Source: a virus
Direction: 5' to 3' (one strand)
DNA: 64,000 bases
Virus record (IMG/VR): IMGVR_UViG_3300009183_006007
Span: 11,197 to 75,196 of that record
The notes under the pieces: model-generated
What the model was told of the DNA's origin: nothing
Databases searched by the model: none
What the model saw: the letters and a program-made list of their open reading frames with translations, nothing else
Shown: positions 19,677 through 29,262 of the stretch, one piece after another
Layout of the letters: each line of letters opens with the position of its first letter
Numbering within the stretch: position 1 is the stretch's first letter
Made by a program: the position numbers and the translations under genes

Positions 19677-20077
19677 ACAAGTTCATTTAATAAGATGTTT
19701 CTTAATTCAGATTTATCTAATTCAGTTTCTTCAAATACAGAAATATCAAATACAACTTTTACATCATCGTTTCTAAACTTAGAAGATATAGTAGCTCTAT
19801 TTAGATATGTTTCCATTTCCCAGAATTCACTGGTCTCAACCACTAACCTATCTCTATCTCTAGACATTTCACCTTTTTGTAGCAATAGTTTGAACCTAAA
19901 AATATCGTTTAGTGTATTGTTAGTATCATCAAGTTTTATATCTAAGAGAATTATATCATATAGTGATCGAGGAATTGTAACCGTTAACTTAACTGGTTCC
20001 ATACTATACCACATATCTCCTTTGATTTGAGTTTTCCACTTACACGGAAAACCTTTACCATTGTAAAAAAACTTCAT
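19673..20077 (-). CDS. hypothetical protein with C-terminal RNILLNELV tag
   Basis: 134-aa ORF with coupled overlaps. Confidence 0.7.
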   Translation of the reverse strand: MKFFYNGKGFPCKWKTQIKGDMWYSMEPVKLTVTIPRSLYDIILLDIKLDDTNNTLNDIFRFKLLLQKGEMSRDRDRLVVETSEFWEMETYLNRATISSKFRNDDVKVVFDISVFEETELDKSELRNILLNELV

Positions 20078-20349
20078 TAGTAAGTATCTTTATTTGAGAA
20101 TGTGATAATAACATTCTTTGGACTTCCAATTTTCATCAAACCTTCTTTGATATTTGGAATATCATTAGGAACATCATCAATTTTTCCCCTGAAAACTACT
20201 TTATCAATTAAGTGATAATTAGTTAAAAACCAGGAGTTATAAGACATCATGTCATCCTGATGTAACATTAGGATTCCGTTATCTGATTGTAGTTGTGTTT
20301 TGTTTTTAAAAATGCCCAACTCACGCATTTTTTTAATTTGAATTTCCAT
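20077..20349 (-). CDS. hypothetical protein
   Basis: 90-aa ORF behind a TAnnTTTG box. Confidence 0.65.
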   Translation of the reverse strand: MEIQIKKMRELGIFKNKTQLQSDNGILMLHQDDMMSYNSWFLTNYHLIDKVVFRGKIDDVPNDIPNIKEGLMKIGSPKNVIITFSNKDTY

Positions 20350-20449
20350 ATTTTTAATATATAAACAAATATATGAAGTTTAATTAAATAATCCAAAAAC
20401 TAAACAAACTTAATTTATTTACTATAAAAATAACAAACTAATTTAAAAT

Positions 20450-21406
20450 ATGGAACATATATTACAAGAAAACAAAGACCGTTTTGTAATGTTTCCCTTA
20501 AAATATCACGATATTTGGGAAATGTATAAAACTCAACAACATTCATTTTGGACTGCAGAAGAAATTGACTTAGCTCAAGATTTAACTGATTGGAATGAAA
20601 AATTAAATGAGAATGAACAACATTTTATTAAAATGGTTCTGGCTTTCTTTGCGGCATCTGATGGTATCGTAAATGAAAATTTGGCTGAGAACTTTTTGAA
20701 AGAGGTTCAGTATCCAGAGGCTAAATCATTTTATGGATTCCAAATTGCTATGGAGAATATTCATTCTGAAACATATTCTTTATTAATTGATACTTATATC
20801 AAAGATTCGGAAGAAAAAGATAGATTGTTTCACGCAATTGATAACTTTCCTTCTATTAAAGAAAAAGCTGATTGGGCTTTGAAATGGATTGAATCTGATT
20901 CACTTGATGAGAGATTAATTGCTTTTGCAGCAGTTGAAGGCATCTTCTTCTCAGGTTCATTCTGTTCTATCTTTTGGTTAAAGAAAAGAGGTTTAATGCC
21001 TGGTCTAGCATTTTCTAATGAGTTAATCTCTAGAGATGAGGCTTTACATTGTCAGTTTGCTTGTTTATTACATAATAGATATATTAAAGATAAAGTATCA
21101 GAGGAAAGAATCAAAGAAATCATCTGTTCAGCAGTTGATATTGAAAGATTATTTATTACAGAATCTTTACCGGTTTCTTTAATTGGAATGAATGGTAAAT
21201 TAATGGAACAATACATTGAGTTTACTGCAGACTTTTGGTTACAAGCATTAGGATGTTCAAAAGTTTACAATGTAGAAAATCCTTTCGACTTTATGGATAT
21301 GATTTCATTACAAGGTAAAACTAACTTCTTTGAAAAAAGAGTTGCTGAGTATCAAAAAGTATCAGACAAAGCAATTGACTTTGACAAATTAGATGATGAT
21401 TTTTAA
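20450..21406 (+). CDS. nrdB: ribonucleotide reductase class Ia beta subunit
   Basis: [40 protein letters not shown] and KTNFFE motifs. Confidence 0.96.
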   Translation: MEHILQENKDRFVMFPLKYHDIWEMYKTQQHSFWTAEEIDLAQDLTDWNEKLNENEQHFIKMVLAFFAASDGIVNENLAENFLKEVQYPEAKSFYGFQIAMENIHSETYSLLIDTYIKDSEEKDRLFHAIDNFPSIKEKADWALKWIESDSLDERLIAFAAVEGIFFSGSFCSIFWLKKRGLMPGLAFSNELISRDEALHCQFACLLHNRYIKDKVSEERIKEIICSAVDIERLFITESLPVSLIGMNGKLMEQYIEFTADFWLQALGCSKVYNVENPFDFMDMISLQGKTNFFEKRVAEYQKVSDKAIDFDKLDDDF

Positions 21407-21426
21407 TTAAATTATCTTAAAAAATT

Positions 21427-21455
21427 AAACCCACTTCAAAAGAGTGGGTTTTTTT
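21427..21455 (+). terminator. intrinsic terminator
   Basis: AAACCCACTT-CAAA-AGAGTGGGTTTTTTT. Confidence 0.8.
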
Positions 21456-21471
21456 ATTTAATATATATGTT

Positions 21472-21990
21472 ATGAAAATTATTAGGACACGATTGAAACC
21501 TTTTGGAGGGTCAGCTGAATTCATTTCTATGAAAGGAAAGATTAAATCCATCATTGAAAAAAACAAAGGAGATGTATTTCATTTTGTAATGGAAGATAGT
21601 GGTGTTAAAACCGTAAAAGAATTTGGACCGGAAAATATTAATCCAGAATTAGTAGGTCAATCTATTATTATCTGTGATGGACCTTGGATGGCACAATTTA
21701 ATGATGATGGTACAATTGATGTTGTAATTGGGACTAATGAATCATTACCTCGTCAACAATCTGTTGATCAACTTAAAAGAGTTATGAAGATGTCAGCAAA
21801 AACTGATATTGGTAATAGAATATCTGATATGAATAAACAAGGAGCTAATGTTCAATATATTCAGAATCCAATTGATTCAGGAATTGAATCATATGAAGAC
21901 TTTGAAAAAAAGAATAAATCATTTGTACCTTCTTGGAATCTTAAACATTTATTAAGTCCATTTTCAGGAGAATCAAAAAAGAAGAAATAG
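21472..21990 (+). CDS. hypothetical protein
   Basis: 172-aa ORF directly after a late box. Confidence 0.7.
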   Translation: MKIIRTRLKPFGGSAEFISMKGKIKSIIEKNKGDVFHFVMEDSGVKTVKEFGPENINPELVGQSIIICDGPWMAQFNDDGTIDVVIGTNESLPRQQSVDQLKRVMKMSAKTDIGNRISDMNKQGANVQYIQNPIDSGIESYEDFEKKNKSFVPSWNLKHLLSPFSGESKKKK

Positions 21991-22011
21991 AAAAAAAGAA
22001 ATAAAAAAAAT

Positions 22012-22728
22012 ATGAAACATTTAAAAACTTATAATCAAATGAATGAGGAAATATCCTTTAAAGGATTAGCCCCAATTTTAACATCTTTAATTATGACACT
22101 AAGTTCTTCAGATGTTGCTGCATTTGGTGGTGCATTTGGTGGACATGGTGGATTTGGTGGACATGGATTTGGTAATCCATATGCTAATAGAGGAGGTGGA
22201 CAAATTGGCAACGGAGAAGGAAACGGACAAATTGGTATCGGACAAATTAGTGATCCCGGATACAAAAGACAGGCATCTAGTATAATTCAATCTCAATCAA
22301 GAAATATAATTAATGATTTGGAAAAGATGAAATCAGTAACTGATGATCCTCAATTACTATCCTTAATTAGCTCAATTAGTGAGTTATCAAATTGGCAATA
22401 TTCTGAGGGTGTTGAACCGATTAATTTGGTTCTTGGTAAGTTGAGAGGTTATATTAAATCACATGATGTAAATGATGATGTAATAAATAGCACTTTAGAT
22501 CATTTATCAAAGGGTGATATTGATAATATTAAATCTGACTATAACAGATTGTTGACAGAATATGATGATATTATCGGACATGGTACTGGTAATGCTAGAT
22601 CTGGAAATGTTAGTGGATTTGTTACTGCTATAGATGTTTTAAATATTATTTTATGCTTGTTATTATCAGTTTTAGTATTAGTTGTGGGTAAAGGATTCTG
22701 GGATTTATGGAGAACTAAATCCTATTAA
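22012..22728 (+). CDS. Gly-rich membrane protein with leader MKHLKTYNQMNEE
   Basis: Hydrophobic segment after the leader, GGxFGGHG repeats and a C-terminal TM helix. Confidence 0.7.
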   Translation: MKHLKTYNQMNEEISFKGLAPILTSLIMTLSSSDVAAFGGAFGGHGGFGGHGFGNPYANRGGGQIGNGEGNGQIGIGQISDPGYKRQASSIIQSQSRNIINDLEKMKSVTDDPQLLSLISSISELSNWQYSEGVEPINLVLGKLRGYIKSHDVNDDVINSTLDHLSKGDIDNIKSDYNRLLTEYDDIIGHGTGNARSGNVSGFVTAIDVLNIILCLLLSVLVLVVGKGFWDLWRTKSY

Positions 22729-22741
22729 AAAATAAATAATT

Positions 22742-23350
22742 ATGAAATACTTAAAAAGATTTAACGAAAGTAATAGTACACCATTTAGAAGTAAACTTCT
22801 TTATAAAGATTCTAATATTGGTAAATATGAACTATATGTTGATGGTTCTACTGGATGGGGAATAATATTCCCTAATGGTTATATGGAAATTGAAGAGGGT
22901 CCACACGAGTCTGTTGGTTTTATGAATGGTGAAATAAATGGAGTTAGTATAGGAGCAAGAGGAAATGATGTACCTAGAATACCTGGAAAATATTGGGAAG
23001 GTAATATGTCAAGTGATGAATTGTCAAGATTTTTTGATAGGGTTATTAGCAAATACAATAATATCACTGAATCATCTGATGATTATAAAGATTTAAGTAT
23101 GTATAATCCATACTATAGTGATAAAGATGAAAGTGATAAAGATAATCTATTGAAATGGTATATGAAAGGATTTAATGATGAGTTAAGAGGAACAACCACA
23201 ATTGAATCAGACAATAAAATAGATATGGTTGCTTATAACTTAGGAGCACAACACGCCATAATTGGTGATGATGTTTCTAGTATTGATAATCTATCTGATG
23301 AAGAAATAATATCTATGATTGAAGATATTTATAATAAAAATCAAAAATAA
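22742..23350 (+). CDS. hypothetical protein with leader MKYLKRFNES
   Basis: 202-aa ORF. Confidence 0.72.
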   Translation: MKYLKRFNESNSTPFRSKLLYKDSNIGKYELYVDGSTGWGIIFPNGYMEIEEGPHESVGFMNGEINGVSIGARGNDVPRIPGKYWEGNMSSDELSRFFDRVISKYNNITESSDDYKDLSMYNPYYSDKDESDKDNLLKWYMKGFNDELRGTTTIESDNKIDMVAYNLGAQHAIIGDDVSSIDNLSDEEIISMIEDIYNKNQK

Positions 23351-23353
23351 GAT

Positions 23354-23644
23354 ATGAAATATTTAAAAACATTTGAATCATATGATAATGATATCGCTAC
23401 TCAGATAGCTGAAGACCTTTTACCAAAACTTCAAAAGCTTAGACAAGAGAAAGGTAAGTTTACCGTAGGCATGTTTGATAACTATATGGAAGAAAGAGGT
23501 GGTAATATGAAACTAACTGATGAAATTATGAGTATACTTGTAAGTATGGGATTTGATTTTGATCCATATGATGATGAAGATGATAATGAATATGGTGATG
23601 ATGATTTAGATGATCATCCACTTTTTTCATATAATAAGAATTAA
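23354..23644 (+). CDS. acidic hypothetical protein with leader MKYLKTFES
   Basis: 96-aa ORF. Confidence 0.7.
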   Translation: MKYLKTFESYDNDIATQIAEDLLPKLQKLRQEKGKFTVGMFDNYMEERGGNMKLTDEIMSILVSMGFDFDPYDDEDDNEYGDDDLDDHPLFSYNKN

Positions 23645-23674
23645 AAAAGAGAGACCAATTGGTCTCTCTTTTTT
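23643..23674. terminator. bidirectional terminator
   Basis: AAAAAAGAGAGACC-AATT-GGTCTCTCTTTTTT. Confidence 0.88.
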
Positions 23675-23846
23675 ATTTTAATACCATATACTTAACACCG
23701 TCAACAATCTTCACTTTATACTTTCCAGTATCTTCTGATTTGACTTTCTTCTCAGCTCTTTTGGTAGCCTTAGTTCCTTTGGTGCTTTTATCTACTTCAC
23801 CAAATTTATTCTTTAATACCTCTCTCATTGAAAATCTCTCAGTCAT
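23673..23846 (-). CDS. 57-aa basic protein not in the ORF track (MTERFSMREVLKNKF...KIVDGVKYMVLK)
   Basis: Translated by hand; TATATTTG promoter at 23871 and terminator at its end. Confidence 0.7.
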   Translation of the reverse strand: MTERFSMREVLKNKFGEVDKSTKGTKATKRAEKKVKSEDTGKYKVKIVDGVKYMVLK

Positions 23847-23916
23847 ATTTTTTAGTTTTTGTTTGTCTTACAAATATAAGGAATCTTTTTGAATAACAAT
23901 ATTAAATATATACAAT

Positions 23917-24357
23917 ATGAAATATCTTAAAGGATTTAACGAATCAATGGAAGAACAAATCTATAAACAAGTTCTTGATTCTATAAAAGATTGTTTTCAA
24001 GAGTTTGAGGATAATGGTTGGTATTGGATAGCGGATTCTTATTCAGGTACTTATCCAGGTATATCTATTTGGCAAAATCCAAACTTTAATTGTAGAATGA
24101 TGAATAAAGAAGAATCTGATCCAAGAAACTGGACTCTAAATAAAAATCCTTACGAAAAAAACATTGATATTACTGGTGAAATTAAATCAGATGGTTCTAT
24201 TAATTGGGAAATGAATGAAGACGAAACAGATAGTGAAGATGGTAAAGATTTTTTAGTTGCTGTAAAAAGATTACATGATGAAACTGGACTTGATTTCAAT
24301 TTCTCATATAATAATAGAGGTGGTGAAAGAAGAATAATAATACAAGGTAGAATATGA
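23917..24357 (+). CDS. hypothetical protein with leader MKYLKGFNES
   Basis: 146-aa ORF after a late box. Confidence 0.72.
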   Translation: MKYLKGFNESMEEQIYKQVLDSIKDCFQEFEDNGWYWIADSYSGTYPGISIWQNPNFNCRMMNKEESDPRNWTLNKNPYEKNIDITGEIKSDGSINWEMNEDETDSEDGKDFLVAVKRLHDETGLDFNFSYNNRGGERRIIIQGRI

Positions 24358-24752
24358 AAAGACTAAGAAAATTTAATGAGAGTGTATCTCAAATAGATTA
24401 TGATTATGTATATAGTTGTTTTGCTGAACTTATAGATGATAATAAAGCTGAGATAGAATTGATGCAAGGTGAATATGTTAAAGTACCATACATAACTATT
24501 AGATTAAAAACTATTCCTAAAATAGATCCTAGAACTACTAGTCAAGCAAAACCTATTGAAAATAAAAAGTCCTCTATCTATAATTATATTACAGGACATA
24601 ATAGTAATAATGAGTTATTACAAGAATTAGAAGTTAGTATAAATAGATTATCGGAAGAATATCCTGATTATAAATTACAATTTAATGATTGGGGTACTTC
24701 CATATTTATGGAAATATTTAAAAATACAGAAGAAGAAAAATATCCATTTTAA
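24354..24752 (+). CDS. hypothetical protein with leader MKRLRKFNES
   Basis: 132-aa ORF. Confidence 0.72.
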   Translation: MKRLRKFNESVSQIDYDYVYSCFAELIDDNKAEIELMQGEYVKVPYITIRLKTIPKIDPRTTSQAKPIENKKSSIYNYITGHNSNNELLQELEVSINRLSEEYPDYKLQFNDWGTSIFMEIFKNTEEEKYPF

Positions 24753-25291
24753 TGAAAATAAAGAATTATATACAATTTATAAAAGAATCATCTGGATATC
24801 AATACGGATGTGTAATGGTTGAAGTACCAGTAAGTAATTGGAATGAGATAACTAGTTATATCGATCCAGAAGATGTTTATACAGGAGGTGATGATACTCA
24901 CGGAATTCAAGAAAATCCACATGTTACTATATTATATGGTTTACATAAAGAAGTAACATCAGAGATGGTTAAATCAGTATTTGAAGGGTTTACAAAAGAC
25001 ATTAATATAGAAGTTAATGGTATTGACATCTTTGAAAATAAAGACTATGATGTTGTCAAGTTTAATGTTAATCCTGATGGTGCTCTTCAAGAACTACATG
25101 ATAAACTTTCTGAGTTTCCTAATTCAAATGATTTTCCGGATTACAAACCACATATAACAATTTCGTATGTTAAAAGTGGAACAGGTAAAAAATATGTTAA
25201 ACCAGATTATAAATATGAAGTTAAGAATGTTGATAAGATAACTTATTCAATGGTTGATGGTAATAAAATAAAATTCAAATATACTAAATAA
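24752..25291 (+). CDS. 2H phosphoesterase (Acb1/LigT-like) with leader MKIKNYIQFIKES
   Basis: Two HxT motifs: PHVTILYG and YKPHITISY. Confidence 0.82.
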   Translation: MKIKNYIQFIKESSGYQYGCVMVEVPVSNWNEITSYIDPEDVYTGGDDTHGIQENPHVTILYGLHKEVTSEMVKSVFEGFTKDINIEVNGIDIFENKDYDVVKFNVNPDGALQELHDKLSEFPNSNDFPDYKPHITISYVKSGTGKKYVKPDYKYEVKNVDKITYSMVDGNKIKFKYTK

Positions 25292-26547
25292 TGAAACATC
25301 TAACTCCATATAAAATATTTGAATCGATGTTTAAGTTAGACACTATAGCTAATCAGTTTATTACTGATATGTCTAAAGTTTATAATCTTAGATTTGGAGA
25401 ATCATTTGATAAAAATAAAGCCAATTGTGCTTGGTTTACTGGTGAGTTTTACAAATGGGCAAAATCAAAAGATTTGAATGTTAAAGTAGTTTACTTTGAT
25501 TCTAATATTGAAGCTCATATTGCTCCTATGATAGATGATAAAGTTATAGATTTTGCTATTAAACAATTTACTAAAAATCCTAATGATAATTATTTAATAC
25601 TTATACCAGAAGACTATAAGAAATATGGATATGATAAGTTTGAAATATATGATGAGATGCCTAAATTAGAAACTATTTTTTCGGCTGATAAAATTCAAGA
25701 ATCTAATCAAATGTATTATAGTATCTATGATTGGTTTGAAGATCTAAAAAGATATCAATGGTCAAAAAATCAAAAGTCAATGGTAAATGAATCATCACTA
25801 AATAAATGGTGTGATTATTTTGTTGGTGATGGTTATTGGGGAAAGATTAAAGATTTAGTTGATAAAATATTTATTTCTTTATCTAAAGTTGATACTGAGT
25901 ATATAAATGACAGAATGTATGATGTTTATGATGAGATACCTTCTGGTAAAGAAAAATGGACAATGTGTTGTGTTGCTTATGGTGGTTATGAAAATCATGA
26001 TAAACCAAATAAAGTAAAATACAATGGTGCGATTTATATTAAAAATCCTAAAGACGGTGATAAATTAGATATAATCATACACATTCTAAAAGAAATAGTT
26101 AGTCCAACATTAACAATTGGTTACCCTTCTTATGTAATAAGACAAAGTGATGAACAATTTTATGTTACTGATAAGAAATGGCAATGTAAAAACTTTAACA
26201 TCGATGACTATGGTATACAAGATGGATTTGAATATAAAACAGATGATAGAAGAGGTAAAGGTAATGTATATTCATCCGATATTAAAAATAAAAAAGATTA
26301 TTCTATTGATAAGATATTAGATATGTATAAACCTTGTATCGCTATTAACATAGGAGGATATCAAGATGCACACTCAACTGGTAAAATGAATATGAGAAAA
26401 TTAGAGTCCGATATAGATGAAGTTTTACCTTCTATTTTACCAACCTTAGATTATGAAGAAGTTATATTTGATTCTTCAAGAGGTGATAGAAGATTTGATG
26501 ATGATATAGATATTTATGAATACACAATTAAAATATTACTAAAATGA
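25291..26547 (+). CDS. multidomain hypothetical protein with leader MKHLTPYKIFES
   Basis: 418-aa ORF; N-terminal part has NC...H...D spacing like a papain/transglutaminase-fold triad. Confidence 0.7.
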   Translation: MKHLTPYKIFESMFKLDTIANQFITDMSKVYNLRFGESFDKNKANCAWFTGEFYKWAKSKDLNVKVVYFDSNIEAHIAPMIDDKVIDFAIKQFTKNPNDNYLILIPEDYKKYGYDKFEIYDEMPKLETIFSADKIQESNQMYYSIYDWFEDLKRYQWSKNQKSMVNESSLNKWCDYFVGDGYWGKIKDLVDKIFISLSKVDTEYINDRMYDVYDEIPSGKEKWTMCCVAYGGYENHDKPNKVKYNGAIYIKNPKDGDKLDIIIHILKEIVSPTLTIGYPSYVIRQSDEQFYVTDKKWQCKNFNIDDYGIQDGFEYKTDDRRGKGNVYSSDIKNKKDYSIDKILDMYKPCIAINIGGYQDAHSTGKMNMRKLESDIDEVLPSILPTLDYEEVIFDSSRGDRRFDDDIDIYEYTIKILLK

Positions 26548-27041
26548 AAATAAAAACATTCGAATCTTTTAATGATGAGTTCTCAGGTGAATGGGATGGA
26601 CCGAGATGGCAACAACATTTTAAAAGGTTGAAAGAAGATCCTGATTATAAGATTAGATGGATAGAACACCGAGATTCACAAGTTAAGGAATATTGGATGA
26701 GTCTTAAACCATTTGAAAAGGAATCTGATGTGCCTGATTTACCAAATCCATTAAACGACTTTTATAAACAAAGAATTATAGAACTAGGTGGTATTCCTAA
26801 ATCCGAGTTAGAAGATGGTCAATGGTATTATGGTAACTTTAGAAATTCAGACTTAGGTAAGTGGGATTCTGAGAAACAAGAATTTGGACATTGGAGATAT
26901 AAATTTGGACACAGATGGGACACTTGTAATCATTTCGAAGATGATAATAGATATGCACTTTTTGTTCCATTAAGAAAAGCTAACAATGAAGAGTTAGAAT
27001 CAATTAAAAAAATAGAAAATGAAGCATCTAAAAACATATAA
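26544..27041 (+). CDS. Trp-rich hypothetical protein with leader MKIKTFES
   Basis: 165-aa ORF. Confidence 0.7.
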   Translation: MKIKTFESFNDEFSGEWDGPRWQQHFKRLKEDPDYKIRWIEHRDSQVKEYWMSLKPFEKESDVPDLPNPLNDFYKQRIIELGGIPKSELEDGQWYYGNFRNSDLGKWDSEKQEFGHWRYKFGHRWDTCNHFEDDNRYALFVPLRKANNEELESIKKIENEASKNI

Positions 27042-27288
27042 AATATTTGAGTGGGTTGAAGTTAGTAATAAACTTGAGAAGAAATTTGAATTTAAGGATT
27101 TCTTACAAGCTCTTAAATTCATAAATGAACTTTCTAAAATTTGTGAAGAGCAAAATCATCACCCCGAAATAAATTGGATTTATAATAAAGTGAAACTTAC
27201 TTTATCTACACACGATGCTGGTGATATTGTTACAAAAAAAGATTTAAAATTATCAAAGTCAATTGATGAAATACTTAAAAACATATAA
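27019..27288 (+). CDS. pterin-4-alpha-carbinolamine dehydratase with leader MKHLKTYKIFE
   Basis: FKDFLQALKF, NHHPEI and LSTHDAG motifs. Confidence 0.9.
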   Translation: MKHLKTYKIFEWVEVSNKLEKKFEFKDFLQALKFINELSKICEEQNHHPEINWIYNKVKLTLSTHDAGDIVTKKDLKLSKSIDEILKNI

Positions 27289-27976
27289 ACTATTCGAATC
27301 AGTTATTACTGAATTTGAATTTCCTACAGAATTGGATATTCAAGAACTATTCTATGATCTAACAGATGAAGATACAAACTCTAAATGTAAATTATATTCA
27401 TCAGGTTATCAGTTTTTTACAACAGATAATATAACAAGATCTATTAGAAGTCAATTATTCTCCGATATGAGTTTTGAAGAAAACTGGATAAATAAAGAAT
27501 GTGAAGATACTCAAGATACTTGGAAAAATATGTTTATTGATTTATCTAAACCTGTATCAAATGATATGATTAAATTGGCTGTTAGAAATTATAATGATGT
27601 TTATTTTTTAGAGGTTGAAGAATCAAAAAATAGTGCTGGTAAAAGTTATCTTGAAAGATTACAAGAAAATATATTAAATGATATTATTCCGGCTTATCCA
27701 ATTATTTATTTAAATCTAGGTCTTTTTCATCCAGATAAATTACCAGTAGTTGTAGAGTGTTTACAAAGATTATATGAAGTAACTGGGTTTAGACCAACTT
27801 CATCAGTTTGGGCTGAAGATTATGTAGATGAGGAAACAGGAGATCTTGTTACTTTTTATGGAGCTGACTTACAACTTTATAAAGTAAATGATATAGAATA
27901 TCAGAATCTATGTAAGATTGTTGGAAGAATAAATCCAAATAATAAAACACAAGAAGTAACTAAACATTTTTTATGA
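27266..27976 (+). CDS. hypothetical protein with leader MKYLKTYKLFES
   Basis: ORF 27263..27976; second Met preferred as start. Confidence 0.72.
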   Translation: MKYLKTYKLFESVITEFEFPTELDIQELFYDLTDEDTNSKCKLYSSGYQFFTTDNITRSIRSQLFSDMSFEENWINKECEDTQDTWKNMFIDLSKPVSNDMIKLAVRNYNDVYFLEVEESKNSAGKSYLERLQENILNDIIPAYPIIYLNLGLFHPDKLPVVVECLQRLYEVTGFRPTSSVWAEDYVDEETGDLVTFYGADLQLYKVNDIEYQNLCKIVGRINPNNKTQEVTKHFL

Positions 27977-28110
27977 CAGACTTAGCAAAAGAAATAATTC
28001 AAACTAACATTGATGTATGGGGTGAGAACTTTCTTATCGGTGGATTGATAACTATGTTAGTAGTTGGAGTTGTAATTACTCTAGTTCTTATTAAGAGAAA
28101 TAAGATATAA
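27973..28110 (+). CDS. 45-aa single-TM protein not in the ORF track
   Basis: ATGA overlap; FLIGGLITMLVVGVVITLVLI followed by KRNK. Confidence 0.55.
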   Translation: MTDLAKEIIQTNIDVWGENFLIGGLITMLVVGVVITLVLIKRNKI

Positions 28111-28221
28111 ACTATTTTTCAAATAAACAAGAAATCTTAAAACTTTTTCACACACAATTAATATAAATACTAATCAGATACACAAAGTATTTGATATAAA
28201 CAAAAAAAATATAAAGCAATT

Positions 28222-29187
28222 ATGGCAAATGAATTTGACGATTTATTTAATGGTAGTCTAGATACAAAGATGGACTTCCTTAATGATCAAAAAGCAGTAA
28301 ACAATGACGGTATTTACCGTGTAGATCTTTCTAAAGTGAAAGACAAAAAAAGAGGTTGGAGATCTGTAGTAAGATTAATTCCTAACTTAACTAAAGATGG
28401 TAAAGTAGGACAATCAGCTATTGAGAAAATCACTCACTATGTTGATATTAAACAACCAAGAGAATTAGCAGGTTGGTTCGACTCACCAAAGAATTTCAAC
28501 GAGAAATGTCCTTTGACTGATTTGTATTACACAATGCAGAATTCAAAAAATGCAATCTTAATCGAGAAATCAAAACAATTAAAATATTCTAAGAAATATT
28601 ACTCTTATGTATTGGTTCTAGAAGACGAACAACAACCAGAATTAGTTGGTAAGATTTTAATCTTCCAATACGGTAAAACTATTAAAGATAAAATCATGGC
28701 TGAAAAGAATGGTGAAATCTCTGGAGTTGGTTGTAACGTATTTGATTTAGCAGCTGGTAAAGATTTCGTTTTAGTTGTTAAAGAAATTCAAACAGGTGAC
28801 GAAACATATCCTGATTACAAAATGAGTATGTTCAAACCAGAAGTATCTTCTTTACCTATCTATTTCAAAGAGAAACAAGCTTTCAAAAACGCACCTCTTA
28901 ACGATGGTAAAATTGAAGCTTCAGTTCAAGGTAAAATTAGAGAGTTCTTATTAGACCGTGAACACGACTTAGAAGAATTTTCACCAAAACATCTTGATGA
29001 AAAACAACAAGCTAAAATCACAGAAATTACAAACTTCTTAACTGGTAAAGCTTCTTCTTCATTCTCTGGAGCAAAAGAATCAAAACCAACTTCTAGTGAC
29101 TTTGAATTTGAAGATAACTTCACAAAAGAAGCATCTACAACAACAAGTGAGTCTGAAGATGAAGACGATTTCTTTTCTGGGTTGTAA
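28222..29187 (+). CDS. single-stranded DNA-binding protein (T4 gp32-like)
   Basis: VVRLIP, CP, YYSYVLVLED, GKILIFQYGKTIKDKI, VFDL..GKDF and acidic tail DEDDFFSGL. Confidence 0.85.
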   Translation: MANEFDDLFNGSLDTKMDFLNDQKAVNNDGIYRVDLSKVKDKKRGWRSVVRLIPNLTKDGKVGQSAIEKITHYVDIKQPRELAGWFDSPKNFNEKCPLTDLYYTMQNSKNAILIEKSKQLKYSKKYYSYVLVLEDEQQPELVGKILIFQYGKTIKDKIMAEKNGEISGVGCNVFDLAAGKDFVLVVKEIQTGDETYPDYKMSMFKPEVSSLPIYFKEKQAFKNAPLNDGKIEASVQGKIREFLLDREHDLEEFSPKHLDEKQQAKITEITNFLTGKASSSFSGAKESKPTSSDFEFEDNFTKEASTTTSESEDEDDFFSGL

Positions 29188-29210
29188 AATTCTTATAATA
29201 AATTAATTAC

Positions 29211-29250
29211 AAAATAAGAGTTCTTTTTTCAGGGAACTCTTATTTTTTTT
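29211..29250 (+). terminator. intrinsic terminator
   Basis: AAAATAAGAGTTC...GAACTCTTATTTT. Confidence 0.8.
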
Positions 29251-29262
29251 TATATATACTTT

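Noticed and set aside
28162-28169. Exact T4 late box TATAAATA before gp32
   Set aside because: It is a single instance and is explained as the TATAA half of the AAACTT-N16-TATAA motif.
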